From: Puia sp.
Lineage (GTDB): Bacteria > Bacteroidota > Bacteroidia > Chitinophagales > Chitinophagaceae
DNA: 64,000 nt
Direction of reading: 5' to 3'
Assembly: GCA_035492545.1 (NCBI GenBank)
Contig: DATJJD010000146.1
Span: 26,866-90,865, forward strand
Shown here: positions 26,081-36,959 of the stretch, piece after piece
How positions within the stretch are numbered: position 1 is the stretch's first letter
Layout: every line of letters starts with the position of its first letter
Notes under the pieces: model-generated
Told to the model about the DNA's origin: nothing
The model's database searches: none
What the model saw: the letters and a program-made list of their open reading frames with translations, nothing else
Program-made: the position numbers and the translations under genes

Positions 26081-27010
26081 ATGAGATTGGTAACTATCCT
26101 TGCTTTTGCTTGCGCCTTATTCTTGTCGGCCTGCCAAAAATCCGCTGTACTGGAAAATTCTATTATCGGCAGCGCCGACTCCACCGGGCTGTTCAGCGCC
26201 CTGATTGACGGCGGGCCCTGGGTCGCCTCGGACAGCACCCGGTTTGCATCGATCATCAACGGCAAGATTACCCTCTCCGGAACCGGCGGTGACGATCAGA
26301 CCCTGGTCATCTCCCTGGATGATACGGTCCCCGGCAAATATGTCCTGGGCTGGAAACAGGTTAGCGTCGCCGAATACACGACCCGGTATATGTGGGACCA
26401 GTTTTTTGGCACGGGTAATAGCAGCAATTCCAATCTCAACGGGGGGCAGGTGGAGGTGACGGCTATCGACAAAGACAAAAAGACCATTACCGGAACCTTC
26501 ACCCTGAACTTATATAATGACAGCGCCCGTCGGACGGTTCACATGACAAGAGGGAATTTTAAAGACATCTCTTATATTACGGCACTGCCTCTTGCCAGGA
26601 CAACCGATACGTTCCAGGTGCGGATCGACGGGAATGACTGGACGGCCAAAAGTATATCCACGGGCATCGTCGCCGGGCAATTACTGGTAAGAGGGGCCGA
26701 AACAGATGGTACCCGGTCCGTCGGTATCTATCTGCCTCCCAACCTGGCTGCTGACATTTATTATGATGTCTGGCCGGACTTTGTCTGGGGAACCTATGTC
26801 AGTAACGGACAGACCTGGTCCAGCTTCTCTTATAGTCCTTTACGGGACAGCGTGGCCCTTATCCATATAGCTCCGGGATTTGTACACGTGGTAGAAGATA
26901 ACCCCACTACCCATCGGTTGAGAGGTACTTTCGACCTGGATCTCACTCCTGCTCTGGGAGGCGGGGATACATTGAGATTAAATAAGGGGTATTTCTCTGT
27001 ACAGTATTAA
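26081..27010 (+). CDS. DUF6252-like lipoprotein with two related beta-rich domains
   Basis: Lipobox FLSAC; repeated F.(A/V).IDG..W.A and GTF motifs in both halves. Confidence 0.55.
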   Translation: MRLVTILAFACALFLSACQKSAVLENSIIGSADSTGLFSALIDGGPWVASDSTRFASIINGKITLSGTGGDDQTLVISLDDTVPGKYVLGWKQVSVAEYTTRYMWDQFFGTGNSSNSNLNGGQVEVTAIDKDKKTITGTFTLNLYNDSARRTVHMTRGNFKDISYITALPLARTTDTFQVRIDGNDWTAKSISTGIVAGQLLVRGAETDGTRSVGIYLPPNLAADIYYDVWPDFVWGTYVSNGQTWSSFSYSPLRDSVALIHIAPGFVHVVEDNPTTHRLRGTFDLDLTPALGGGDTLRLNKGYFSVQY

Positions 27011-27147
27011 AAATCAACGAACTACCGGCCGCACCTCCCAGGGGGGCGTCCTTCAGGATCCGGAGCTCTTCTACCGTAATATTCATTGCTTTAAAGGTAT
27101 CAACTATTTTGCCGAACCATGCCGTTACAATTTCGTTATTTAGAGCT

Positions 27148-29034
27148 ATGAAATCAGGAGACCGGATTTTAGGGAAAGGATCAGGCAGACAGCGTCCTTC
27201 GGGTACAAATGGACAGAATGGGCAGGAACCGGGCCGTATAACCGTGCGGGAAAGATTGGCTGCCATGGGCAACCTGCCCCGCTTCTTCCGGCTGGTATGG
27301 GAGACCAGCCCCCGGATCATGATCGCCAACGCCATCGTCCGCATTATGCGATCGGCCATTCCGGTAGCTATCTTATATGTAGGCAAGCTCATTATCGATC
27401 AGGTGGTTGCCCTGGCGCATACCAAGGGGGCTGTCACCCATCATCTTTGGGAACTGGTGGCCCTGGAATTTGGCCTTGCCATTTTATCAGACGGATTAAG
27501 CAGGGCTATTTCTTTGATGGATAGTCTTCTAGGTGACAGATTCTCTAATTTTACTTCAATAAAGATCATGCGCCATGCCGCCGAACTGGACCTGGACCAG
27601 TTCGAGGACTCCACCTTCTATGACAAGCTGGAAAGGGCACGGCAACAGACCACTGGCCGCACCATTTTGCTGTCCCAGGTAATGGGTCAGGTGCAGGACC
27701 TGATCACGATGATTTTCCTGGCCGCGGGTCTGATGGCCTTCAACCCCTGGCTGATCCTGCTGCTGCTCATAGCCGTCATCCCCGCTTTCCTGGGAGAGTC
27801 TTATTTCAATGACAAGACGTATGCCCTCACCCGCAAGCAGACCACCGAACGAAGGGAATTGGATTACCTCCGTTACCTGGGCGCCAGTGATGACACCGCC
27901 AAAGAAGTAAAGCTCTTTGCTTTGTCGGATTTTCTCATCGGCCGCTTCCACCAACTTTCAGAAAAATTCTACTGGGCCAACCGGGCCCTCTCGATCCGCC
28001 GTTCGGCCTGGGGTACCGTCTTTGCCCTGTTGGGCAGCGTCGGATATTATGGGGCCTATGTAGTCATTATAATAAAGGCCATCAACGGCAGCCTTTCCAT
28101 CGGTGACCTCACCTTTCTGGCCGGTTCCTTCCGGCAGTTGCGGGCCCTGCTCGAAGGAATCCTGACCCGCTTCACCAGCGTCTCGCAGGGCGCCATCTAT
28201 CTTCGGGACCTCTTTGAATTCTTCGAGATCAAACCCCGGATCATTCTATCCCCTCATCCCAGGCCCTTTCCAAACCCTATCCGCGAAGGTTTCACCTTTG
28301 AAAATGTGGGCTTCCGGTATATGAACTCCGAGCGCTGGGCCAACAGACATCTCAGCTTCACTTTGCGGCCGGGAGAGAAACTGGCCCTGGTAGGAGAGAA
28401 TGGCGCCGGAAAAACGACCCTGATCAAATTACTGGCAAGGCTGTATGATCCCACGGAAGGCCGGATCCTGCTGGACGGGGTCGACCTGCGGGAATATGAC
28501 CCGGAGGCGCTGCGCAGCCAGATCGGCATCATCTTCCAGGACTATCTCCGCTACCAGATGACGGTGGGCCAGAACATCGCCGTGGGTAATATCGTTAAAC
28601 AGGAAGATCAGTCCCTCATCGAAGCCTCAGCCCGGCAGAGCCTGGCCGACATCCTGGTGGAAAGATATCCTGATAGATATGATCAGGTATTGGGACGCCG
28701 GTTCAACCAGGGAATTGAACTCTCCGGGGGCGAATGGCAAAAGATCGCCCTAGCCCGCGCCTATATGCGGGATGCCCAGTTGCTGATCCTGGACGAGCCC
28801 ACTGCTGCCCTGGATGCCCGGGCCGAATACGAAGTATTTCAGCGTTTCGCCGATCTGACCAAAGGAAAATCCGCCCTCCTGATCTCCCACCGGTTCTCTA
28901 CTGTCCGGATGGCCGACCGCATCCTGGTCCTGGAGAAAGGCGAGTTGATCGAGCTCGGCAGTCACGAACAACTCCTGGAAAAAGAAGGGCGTTATGCCGA
29001 ATTATTCCATCTGCAGGCACAGGGGTACCGGTAA
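27148..29034 (+). CDS. ABC transporter ATP-binding/permease fusion (exporter)
   Basis: N-terminal TM domain; Walker A GENGAGKT; signature LSGGEWQ; Walker B LILDE; SHR. Confidence 0.93.
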   Translation: MKSGDRILGKGSGRQRPSGTNGQNGQEPGRITVRERLAAMGNLPRFFRLVWETSPRIMIANAIVRIMRSAIPVAILYVGKLIIDQVVALAHTKGAVTHHLWELVALEFGLAILSDGLSRAISLMDSLLGDRFSNFTSIKIMRHAAELDLDQFEDSTFYDKLERARQQTTGRTILLSQVMGQVQDLITMIFLAAGLMAFNPWLILLLLIAVIPAFLGESYFNDKTYALTRKQTTERRELDYLRYLGASDDTAKEVKLFALSDFLIGRFHQLSEKFYWANRALSIRRSAWGTVFALLGSVGYYGAYVVIIIKAINGSLSIGDLTFLAGSFRQLRALLEGILTRFTSVSQGAIYLRDLFEFFEIKPRIILSPHPRPFPNPIREGFTFENVGFRYMNSERWANRHLSFTLRPGEKLALVGENGAGKTTLIKLLARLYDPTEGRILLDGVDLREYDPEALRSQIGIIFQDYLRYQMTVGQNIAVGNIVKQEDQSLIEASARQSLADILVERYPDRYDQVLGRRFNQGIELSGGEWQKIALARAYMRDAQLLILDEPTAALDARAEYEVFQRFADLTKGKSALLISHRFSTVRMADRILVLEKGELIELGSHEQLLEKEGRYAELFHLQAQGYR

Positions 29035-29051
29035 AGGGCTAATTTTACAAA

Positions 29052-29744
29052 ATGAAAGTCCTGATCATAGAAGATCACCAGGAGTTGGCCCGCAATATCC
29101 ATGACTTCCTCGCACGGGAAGGTTATATCTGCGAATTGTCGGCTACCCTGGAAGAGGCTAGGGAAAAACTCAGCCTGTTTCAATATGACTGTATCCTGCT
29201 GGACATCGGACTTCCGGACGGAAATGGCATCAGCCTGCTGCAGGGCATCCGGGCCGAACATCAGCAAAGCAACGTACTCATCATCTCCGCCAAGAATGCC
29301 CTGGACGATAAGATCATCGGCCTGGAAAAAGGCGCCGACGATTACCTGACCAAACCCTTTCACCTGGCCGAACTGCATGCCCGTATCCGGGCCATCTACC
29401 GGCGTAAGAACCTGGGAGGGGCCAATATCGTCGAGTTCAACGAGATCAGCCTCAACACCGATACTTTTGAAGCCCGGGTGAACGATACCGTCCTCGATAC
29501 CACCCGGAAAGAGTTCGACCTCCTATTGTATTTCCTTGTCAATAAGAACCGGGTATTGTCCCGGCAATCCATCGCGGCGCATCTTTGGGGGGATTATACA
29601 GATAACCTGGCCAATTTTGATTTTGTATACCAGCATGTGAAGAACCTCCGCCGAAAGATCAGCAATGCCGGCGGCATGGACTATATAAATACGGTATACG
29701 GGCTGGGTTACAGATTTAATTCACATAAACAGGAGGCCGGGTAA
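29052..29744 (+). CDS. OmpR-family response regulator
   Basis: IIEDH, LLDIGLPDG, DDYLTKPF; winged helix with TVYGLGY. Confidence 0.93.
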   Translation: MKVLIIEDHQELARNIHDFLAREGYICELSATLEEAREKLSLFQYDCILLDIGLPDGNGISLLQGIRAEHQQSNVLIISAKNALDDKIIGLEKGADDYLTKPFHLAELHARIRAIYRRKNLGGANIVEFNEISLNTDTFEARVNDTVLDTTRKEFDLLLYFLVNKNRVLSRQSIAAHLWGDYTDNLANFDFVYQHVKNLRRKISNAGGMDYINTVYGLGYRFNSHKQEAG

Positions 29745-29752
29745 ACCCAACG

Positions 29753-31081
29753 ATGAAACTGACCAATAAATTCACCCTTTGGTATTTCGGGATCATGTTG
29801 GTGGTGCTCCTGATCGGGGGCGCTATCGTCTATTACGAGATCCAATGGAAAGTTGGCCGGGTGGAAGTGGTCAGGCATCAGCGGCTGAATGACCTCATCG
29901 CCCAGCAGATCCGGACGGGTGGCGACTACTCCGAACACCCTACCCGTAAGCGGGCTACCGTTACCCTGATCCCCGCGGACTCCGTCCCCCCGGGCATTTC
30001 TTCCTATTATACCCGGGGCACAGACTGGAACCCGGAATTCCAGGCCAACGAATACCGGCTGGTGGTCACTTCTTTTTATACGATCCGGGGACTACATTAC
30101 CGCATCTCCACCTATTCCTATATCCCTTCGTTTTACCAGCTCCTGCCCGGCGTAGTGGATTCCTTTAAATGGATCCTGCTGCTGCTGCTGGTGCTGGTGG
30201 GTATATCGGGGAGGCTGATCTCCAAATATATTCTGGCTCCCTTCAAACGCACCCTCCGGGTCATCCAGTTCTTCGACCTTAAAAATAAGGAGCCCATCCG
30301 GCTGCCCGGTACCCGCACCTCCGAATTCCGGGAGCTCAATGAGTTCCTGAAGAAAATGACGGATAAGGCGCTGGAGGATTACCAGTCCCTGAAAGAATTC
30401 ACCGAGAATGCCTCTCACGAGCTGCAGACACCGACCGCTATCATCCGGGGGAAGCTGGAACTCCTGATGGAGTCGGATATCCGGGATGACCAGGCCATCC
30501 TCATCGCGGAGATGCAAAATGCGCTCGAGCGCCTCTCCCGTATCCACAGCTCCCTGACCCTGCTGACCAAACTGGAGAACCATGAATATGAAGTGAAGAC
30601 GCCCATCTGTTTCAGCGCGCTGACCCGGGAGACCCTGAATTCCTTTGACGAACTTATTCAAATGAAGTCGTTGAACTTACAGACAAATATTGAAGAAGAC
30701 ATCTATCTGCCCTTACACCCGGCGCTGGCCGACCTGCTCCTGACCAATCTCGTCAGCAATGCCATCCGGCATAATATCCCCCACGGAACGATCAGAGTAA
30801 ACCTCAGCAAGGCCGGCCTCGTCATCAGCAATACCGGAAGACCTCCCGAAGTGCCCACCGGGGAATTATTTGAACGGTTCAAAAAGGGGAATCCCGGTAG
30901 CGACTCTATCGGCATCGGCCTGGCAATCGTCCGCCAGATCTGCGATATAATGAATTTTACCATTTTGTATGAATTTGTCTCCGGCCGGCATATTTTAGCG
31001 ATCAGCTTTTTCCCACCGACACCTGCTTCAAAATTGCTTCAAAATCTTGAAGTCCCTTTACATTCGACATTGCAGCCATAG
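29753..31081 (+). CDS. Sensor histidine kinase
   Basis: Two TM segments; H-box SHELQTP; N-box NLVSNAIRH; G-box GIGLAIV. Confidence 0.92.
   Translation: MKLTNKFTLWYFGIMLVVLLIGGAIVYYEIQWKVGRVEVVRHQRLNDLIAQQIRTGGDYSEHPTRKRATVTLIPADSVPPGISSYYTRGTDWNPEFQANEYRLVVTSFYTIRGLHYRISTYSYIPSFYQLLPGVVDSFKWILLLLLVLVGISGRLISKYILAPFKRTLRVIQFFDLKNKEPIRLPGTRTSEFRELNEFLKKMTDKALEDYQSLKEFTENASHELQTPTAIIRGKLELLMESDIRDDQAILIAEMQNALERLSRIHSSLTLLTKLENHEYEVKTPICFSALTRETLNSFDELIQMKSLNLQTNIEEDIYLPLHPALADLLLTNLVSNAIRHNIPHGTIRVNLSKAGLVISNTGRPPEVPTGELFERFKKGNPGSDSIGIGLAIVRQICDIMNFTILYEFVSGRHILAISFFPPTPASKLLQNLEVPLHSTLQP
31025..31045 (+). promoter_or_regulatory. Putative OmpR-type tandem binding site upstream of the efflux operon
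   Basis: GCTTCAAAAT at 31025 and 31036 (period 11 bp), about 100 bp before the TolC start. Confidence 0.6.
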
Positions 31082-31140
31082 GATCAACCCGCTCTCCCCC
31101 CTTGTCCTATGAGATGTTATATAAAAATTGTTCATTTATC

Positions 31141-32541
31141 ATGTCAAAGAAACTCATTTTGGGCCTGTCATGGGCCTTGTTCTTCAGTATACAAGCCGCT
31201 ACAACTCACGCACAGGTGCTGTCCCTCAAGGATGCGGTTCAGACGGCGCTGACCAATTACGGTACCATCCGCGCCAAGACAAATTATGCGAAGGCATCCC
31301 AGGCCAATGTCACCGAGACAAAAAGGGAATACCTGCCGGACTTTCTGCTTTCCGCCCAGCAGGACTACGGGACCATCAATGGTACCAATGGCCCTGCAGG
31401 AGCTTTTAAAGGAGGAGCCGTTGCTTCCAGCGGTCCGGTCCTGGCCACCCAGAACTGGAATGCCGCCTTCGGCGCCCTGTACCTCACCAATGTCAACTGG
31501 GATTTCTTCGCCTTCGGCCGGGCAAAGGAAAAAACCAAAGTCGCCCAGACCATTTATAAAAGAGATCAGCAGGATTTGGAACAGGAGCGGTTTCAGCAGA
31601 GCGTCAAGGTTTCCGCAGCCTATCTGAATTTGTTGGCTGCCCAGAAGCTCACCCTATCCCAGCAAAATAATTTAAGCCGGGCCCTCTCCTTTGATACGGT
31701 CGTCATAGCCCGGGCAAAGAATGGTCTCAACCCGGGGGTGGATTCCTCCCTGGCCAATGCCGAAGTATCGAATGCCCGGATAGCCCTCACCAATGCTATC
31801 GAATTCCAGCAGGAGCAGGCCAATGAGCTGGCCCAGCTGATGGGTATTCCTCCCGCCGAATTTGTCCTGGACAGCCTCTTCGTGGTGAGGATCCCCTCGG
31901 CGTTGACTAACAATTCCGCACAACCGTTGAACGAGCATCCGCTGCTGAAGTTCTTCCAGCAACGGGTCAATGTCAGTAACGAGGAGGCCAATTATTTAAA
32001 GACTTTTAACTATCCCACTTTTTCTCTGTTCGGCGTCCTGCAGGACCGGGGATCGGGTTTTGATAACACGTACGGATCGGGGGCGCCGGATGCCTATACG
32101 GGCAATTACCTGAAAGGCGTCAGCTTCGGAAGGGGTAACTACCTGTTAGGGGTAGGTGTTACCTGGAACCTGACCAGCCCGCTGCGGGTCCATCAACAGG
32201 TGGTGGCTCAGCGGTATACCTCCCTGGGTTTACAGGAAGAATACACGCTGATCGACAAACAACTGGTTGCCCAGCTGGCCCTGTCGGCGACCAAGATCAA
32301 AAATGCCCTTGATAATTACCGGGAAGCTCCCATACAGGTAAAAGCAGCTTCGGATGCCTATAACCAGAAAAGCGTCCTCTATAAGAATGGCCTGGCCACT
32401 ATCGTGGATGTCACCACGGCCGCTTTCGCGCTGAACCGCGCGGAGACGGACAGGGACATCGCCTTTAATAATGTATGGCAGGCCTTGTTGTACAAAGCTG
32501 CTGCCAGCGGGGATTTTGGATTGTTCTTTAATGAGTTTTAA
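31141..32541 (+). CDS. TolC family outer membrane efflux protein
   Basis: Signal peptide, LSLKDAVQTAL, helical repeats, YKNGLATIVDV; followed by RND and MFP genes. Confidence 0.9.
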   Translation: MSKKLILGLSWALFFSIQAATTHAQVLSLKDAVQTALTNYGTIRAKTNYAKASQANVTETKREYLPDFLLSAQQDYGTINGTNGPAGAFKGGAVASSGPVLATQNWNAAFGALYLTNVNWDFFAFGRAKEKTKVAQTIYKRDQQDLEQERFQQSVKVSAAYLNLLAAQKLTLSQQNNLSRALSFDTVVIARAKNGLNPGVDSSLANAEVSNARIALTNAIEFQQEQANELAQLMGIPPAEFVLDSLFVVRIPSALTNNSAQPLNEHPLLKFFQQRVNVSNEEANYLKTFNYPTFSLFGVLQDRGSGFDNTYGSGAPDAYTGNYLKGVSFGRGNYLLGVGVTWNLTSPLRVHQQVVAQRYTSLGLQEEYTLIDKQLVAQLALSATKIKNALDNYREAPIQVKAASDAYNQKSVLYKNGLATIVDVTTAAFALNRAETDRDIAFNNVWQALLYKAAASGDFGLFFNEF

Positions 32542-32557
32542 CTGAATTCTTATTTAT

Positions 32558-35500
32558 ATGGGATTAATCAGAAGCGCGCTTAGAAGACCTATTACCATCT
32601 TAGTATTGGTGGCGGGTATGCTGTTCTTCGGGATCAGCGCCGTCCGCAGCATCAAGATCGACATCTTCCCCGATATGAACCTGCCGGTGATCTATGTCTC
32701 GCATCCCTATGGCGGCTTTACTCCCGACCAGATGGAGACCTATTTCGGCAAACAATATGTCAACCTCTTATTATATGTGGGTGGCGTTAAGAGTATCGAA
32801 ACAAAGAATATACAGGGATTGACCCTGATCAAACTTACTTTTTACGAAGGCACCAATATGGCGCAGGCCGCAGCGGAGGTGACGGCCTATACTAACCGGG
32901 CACAGGCCAGTTTCCCTGCCGGGTCCCAACCGCCCTTTATATTGCGTTTTGATGCCAGCACGCTGCCAGTGGGGCAATTGGTGCTTAGCAGTCCCTCCCG
33001 CAGCAACAACGAGCTGCTGGACCTGGCCAATATCTATGTCAGGGCCCAGTTCAGCACGGTGCCCGGCCTGGTGGCTCCGGCGCCCTTCGGAGGCAATGTC
33101 CGGACCATCGTCATCAAAGCGGACCCGGACCTGATGCGCGCCCACAACCTTACCCCCGACCAGCTCGTGGAAGCCTTGCGTAATAACAACCAGGCGTTGC
33201 CTTCCGGCAACGTACGCATAGGGAACCTCAACTATTTTACACCCACCAATACCACCATCGAAACCGTTAAGGAATTTGGGAATATCCCTATTTACACTTC
33301 CGGTGTTCAGAATCTTTACCTCAAAGATGTGGCTTCGGTAGAAGACGCCGCCGATATTACGGCCGGTTATGCGTTGATCAATGGCAAACGTTCCGTCTAT
33401 CTGCCCATCACCAAGTCGGCTTCCGCCAGTACCTGGGAAGTGGTGCAAAACCTGAAGAAGGCCATTCCCCGGTTTCAGGCGACCTTACCGGAAGACGTAA
33501 AGCTGAACTATGTATTCGACCAATCCGTATATGTGATCAATGCCGTAAAGAACCTGTTGACGGAAGGGGCCATCGGGGCCGTACTCACCGGTCTCATGGT
33601 ATTGCTGTTCCTGGGGGACTTACGGGGCGCTACCATCGTAATTTTGACGATACCCATCTGCGTTATCTCCGGGGTGCTGTTCCTCAACTTATTCCATCAG
33701 ACCATCAATATCATGACGCTCAGCGGTCTCTCGCTGGCGATAGGTATCCTGGTCGATGAATCCACTGTCACCATTGAGAACATACACCAGCATCTTGCCA
33801 TGGGCAAGCCCAAGTCCCTGGCCATCTGGGACGCCTGCCGGGAAATAGCGTTCTCCAAATTGCTGATCCTCTTCTGTATCCTGGCTGTGTTCGCACCGGC
33901 CTTTACCATGAGCGGCATTCCCGGTTCGCTGTTCCTCCCGCTGGCCCTGGCCATCGCCTTCTCCATGATCACGTCTTATCTCATGGCGCAGACCTTTGTA
34001 CCCGTTATGGCCAACTGGCTGATGAAAGGGCATCATAAAAAGGGAAAATACCAGACCGATGACGAAGAGTTCAAGGCTTCCGGGCTCACTGCCGCCGATG
34101 AGGCTAATGCTGCGGAAGAGAAACACAAGGCATTGGAACATGGCTCGGGCAAGGATGGCAAGCTGACGGGTTTCGACAAGTTCAGGAACCGGTTCATCCG
34201 CTTCCTGGACAGGGTTTTCCCTTTCCGCACCCCCATTGCCATCGCGTACATCGTGCTGGGCCTTGGCGGTGCGTACCTGTTGATCAACACCATCGGCCGG
34301 GACGTATTGCCTAAGTCGAATGCAGGACAATTTCAGGTACGTCTACGGGCCCCGGACGGCACCCGTATCGAAAGAACGGAAGAATATATGATCAAGACCC
34401 TGCATGTCCTGGATACCATCGTGGGCCACGACAATATCGAGCTTACCTCGGCCATGGTGGGGATGCACGGGGGGCAGTTCTCTACCAACCCCATCTACCT
34501 GTTCCTGGCGGGCCCGCAGGAGAGTGTGCTGCAGGTCAGTCTGAAAGAAGACTATAAAGTGAAGATGGACGATCTGAAAGAGACCTTCCGTCAGAAGCTG
34601 GCCACCGACGTGCCGGAGTTCAAGGTATCCTTCGAGCCCATTGAGCTGACCGATAAGATCCTCAGTCAGGGTTCACCTACACCGATTGAAGTGAAGATAG
34701 CCGGAAAAAATAAGAAGCTGAATGAAGAATGGGCTAATAAGGTCATCGCCAGACTGCGGCAGATCCCTTACCTGCGCGACGTACAGATCGGCCAGGCCAC
34801 GCATTACCCCGCTATCAACATCAACATCGACCGCGAACGGGCTGCCCAGCTGGGTACGAATGCGGCCGTGATCAGCCGCTCGCTGATCGCAGCCACCTCT
34901 TCTTCCCGGTTTACGGAGAAAAATGTATGGCTGGATCATAAGACCAACCTTTCCTATTTCGTACAGGTACAGGTACCGGAGAATAAGATGACCAGCCTGC
35001 ACGACATCGGAGAGACGCCTGTCCAGCCCAATCAGCCCCGTCCCCTGTTAAGCGATGTAGCTTCGCTCAGCATCGATTCCGTCTACGGGGAAAATGATAA
35101 CATCGGTGCAACCCCGGTGCTGTCCGTAACGGCCAATCTCAATAAAATGGACCTTGGCCGGGCCTCCACGGATGTAAAGAACGCCGTCGCCTCCCTGGGA
35201 CAGCTGCCCCGGGGCCTTAGCGTCGAGACCAAGGGGATGGTGGAAGTGCTGACCGATACGCTGAGCAGCCTGCAGGTTGGCCTGCTGACGGCCATCGTGG
35301 TCATCTTCCTCATGCTGGCCGCCAACTTCCAGTCCTTTAAAGTGTCCCTGGTGACCCTGTGTACCGTACCGGCCGTATTGCTGGGCTCCCTCGGGCTGCT
35401 GATGCTGACCGGCTCGACCCTGAATCTGCAATCTTATATGGGCATGATCATGTCTGTGGGGGTATCCATTTCCAACTCGGTGCTGCTGGTGACCAACGCC

Positions 35501-35833
35501 GAGCAATTGCGGCAGCATTCCGGCGATGCGCTGGCGGCAGCCCGCGAAGCCGCCGCGGTTCGTCTCCGGCCCATTCTGATGACCAGCGTCGCGATGGTGG
35601 TGGGTATGATCCCCATGGCTTCCGGCTTCGGCGAAGGAGGGGATCAGGCAGCCCCCCTGGGCCGTGCAGTTATCGGAGGCCTCATCGCTTCTACCTTTGC
35701 AGCCCTCTTTATATTACCGTTGATATTTGCCTGGGTACAGCGGAAGACTTCCACGGCTTCCGTTTCCCTGGACCCTTCTGATAAAGAAAGTAAACATTAT
35801 ATACCGTCATTATATGAACAAAATGAGAAATAA
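32558..35833 (+). CDS. Efflux RND transporter permease subunit
   Basis: 1091 aa with 12-TM RND architecture: IDIFPD, NIMTLSGLSLAIGILVDE, RLRPILMT, PLGRAVIGG. Confidence 0.95.
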   Translation: MGLIRSALRRPITILVLVAGMLFFGISAVRSIKIDIFPDMNLPVIYVSHPYGGFTPDQMETYFGKQYVNLLLYVGGVKSIETKNIQGLTLIKLTFYEGTNMAQAAAEVTAYTNRAQASFPAGSQPPFILRFDASTLPVGQLVLSSPSRSNNELLDLANIYVRAQFSTVPGLVAPAPFGGNVRTIVIKADPDLMRAHNLTPDQLVEALRNNNQALPSGNVRIGNLNYFTPTNTTIETVKEFGNIPIYTSGVQNLYLKDVASVEDAADITAGYALINGKRSVYLPITKSASASTWEVVQNLKKAIPRFQATLPEDVKLNYVFDQSVYVINAVKNLLTEGAIGAVLTGLMVLLFLGDLRGATIVILTIPICVISGVLFLNLFHQTINIMTLSGLSLAIGILVDESTVTIENIHQHLAMGKPKSLAIWDACREIAFSKLLILFCILAVFAPAFTMSGIPGSLFLPLALAIAFSMITSYLMAQTFVPVMANWLMKGHHKKGKYQTDDEEFKASGLTAADEANAAEEKHKALEHGSGKDGKLTGFDKFRNRFIRFLDRVFPFRTPIAIAYIVLGLGGAYLLINTIGRDVLPKSNAGQFQVRLRAPDGTRIERTEEYMIKTLHVLDTIVGHDNIELTSAMVGMHGGQFSTNPIYLFLAGPQESVLQVSLKEDYKVKMDDLKETFRQKLATDVPEFKVSFEPIELTDKILSQGSPTPIEVKIAGKNKKLNEEWANKVIARLRQIPYLRDVQIGQATHYPAININIDRERAAQLGTNAAVISRSLIAATSSSRFTEKNVWLDHKTNLSYFVQVQVPENKMTSLHDIGETPVQPNQPRPLLSDVASLSIDSVYGENDNIGATPVLSVTANLNKMDLGRASTDVKNAVASLGQLPRGLSVETKGMVEVLTDTLSSLQVGLLTAIVVIFLMLAANFQSFKVSLVTLCTVPAVLLGSLGLLMLTGSTLNLQSYMGMIMSVGVSISNSVLLVTNAEQLRQHSGDALAAAREAAAVRLRPILMTSVAMVVGMIPMASGFGEGGDQAAPLGRAVIGGLIASTFAALFILPLIFAWVQRKTSTASVSLDPSDKESKHYIPSLYEQNEK

Positions 35834-36950
35834 CCGGACCTCCTTTGCCCTTTTTGCTGCATCTGCGTTGCTGGTAGCGACCCTGTTCGGCAGCTGCTCC
35901 TCTTCGGATGGAGAGACCAAGGAGAAGAATGAGAAGAAAGATTCAACGGCGGCGAAGACCCCGGCTCCTGCGCAGAGTTTTGTCCTGCAGAAGGGGACGC
36001 TGTCCACCACCTTATATGTCCCCGGCGAGCTGATCGCTTACCAGCAGGTGGACCTCTATGCAAAAGAGAACAGCTTTGTAAAACGGCTATATGTCGACGT
36101 AGGATCGGAAGTCCGGGAAGGCCAGCTATTGGTCACCATGGAGGCGCCCGAGCTGGCGTCCCAGCTGGCCAGCGCCCAATCCCGGGTCAAAAGCCAGGAG
36201 GCGATCTATATCGCCAGCAAGTCGAACTATGACCGCCTGGTAGAAACCAGCAAGACTCCCGGCACCATCTCCCAGAATGATATAGACCAGGCGGACGCCC
36301 GCCGGAAATCCGATCTGGCTCAGTGGGATGCGGCTAAGTCCGCCTATGCTGAGATAGCGGAGACGTTGAAATACCTGGAGATACGTGCTCCCTTCAATGG
36401 AGTGATCAGCGCCCGTAATGTCAACCCCGGCGCTTATGTAGGGCCTTCCGGGAAAGGTTCGGAATTGCCTCTCTTTACATTACAGGAGCAGAAGCATTTA
36501 CGGTTGGTCGTTTCCGTTCCGGAAGCCTATACAGGTTACCTGACGAATAAGGATGAAGTGAAATTCTCCGTAAAGGCCCGGCCCAGCGAAGTCTTTCATG
36601 CAAAGGTCAAACGCCTGGCCGGGGCCCTGGACAATCGGCTGCGTGCAGAACGTATCGAGATGGACGTGATCAACAACGATAAGAAATTACTGCCCGGTAT
36701 GGTGGCGGAAGTCAATGTACCCCTGCCTGCCAGGGACAGCACTTTTGTCGTGCCAACCTCGGCCGTCGTCAACTCCACGGAAAGATTGTTTGTGATCCGG
36801 GTAGTGGATCAAAAGGCGGAATGGGTGGACGTGAAGAAGGGACGGGAAGAGAATGGAAAGACAGAGATCTATGCCAGCAGCCTGAAGGAAGGCGACCAGA
36901 TCATCAAGGTGGCGAGTGAAGAACGCCGGAATGGGTCGCCGGTTCATTGA
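35814..36950 (+). CDS. Efflux RND periplasmic adaptor (MFP) subunit
   Basis: Lipobox LFGSC, VDVGSEV..GQLL, IRAPFNGVI, LLPGM. Confidence 0.92.
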   Translation: MNKMRNNRTSFALFAASALLVATLFGSCSSSDGETKEKNEKKDSTAAKTPAPAQSFVLQKGTLSTTLYVPGELIAYQQVDLYAKENSFVKRLYVDVGSEVREGQLLVTMEAPELASQLASAQSRVKSQEAIYIASKSNYDRLVETSKTPGTISQNDIDQADARRKSDLAQWDAAKSAYAEIAETLKYLEIRAPFNGVISARNVNPGAYVGPSGKGSELPLFTLQEQKHLRLVVSVPEAYTGYLTNKDEVKFSVKARPSEVFHAKVKRLAGALDNRLRAERIEMDVINNDKKLLPGMVAEVNVPLPARDSTFVVPTSAVVNSTERLFVIRVVDQKAEWVDVKKGREENGKTEIYASSLKEGDQIIKVASEERRNGSPVH

Positions 36951-36959
36951 TCCACGGAC

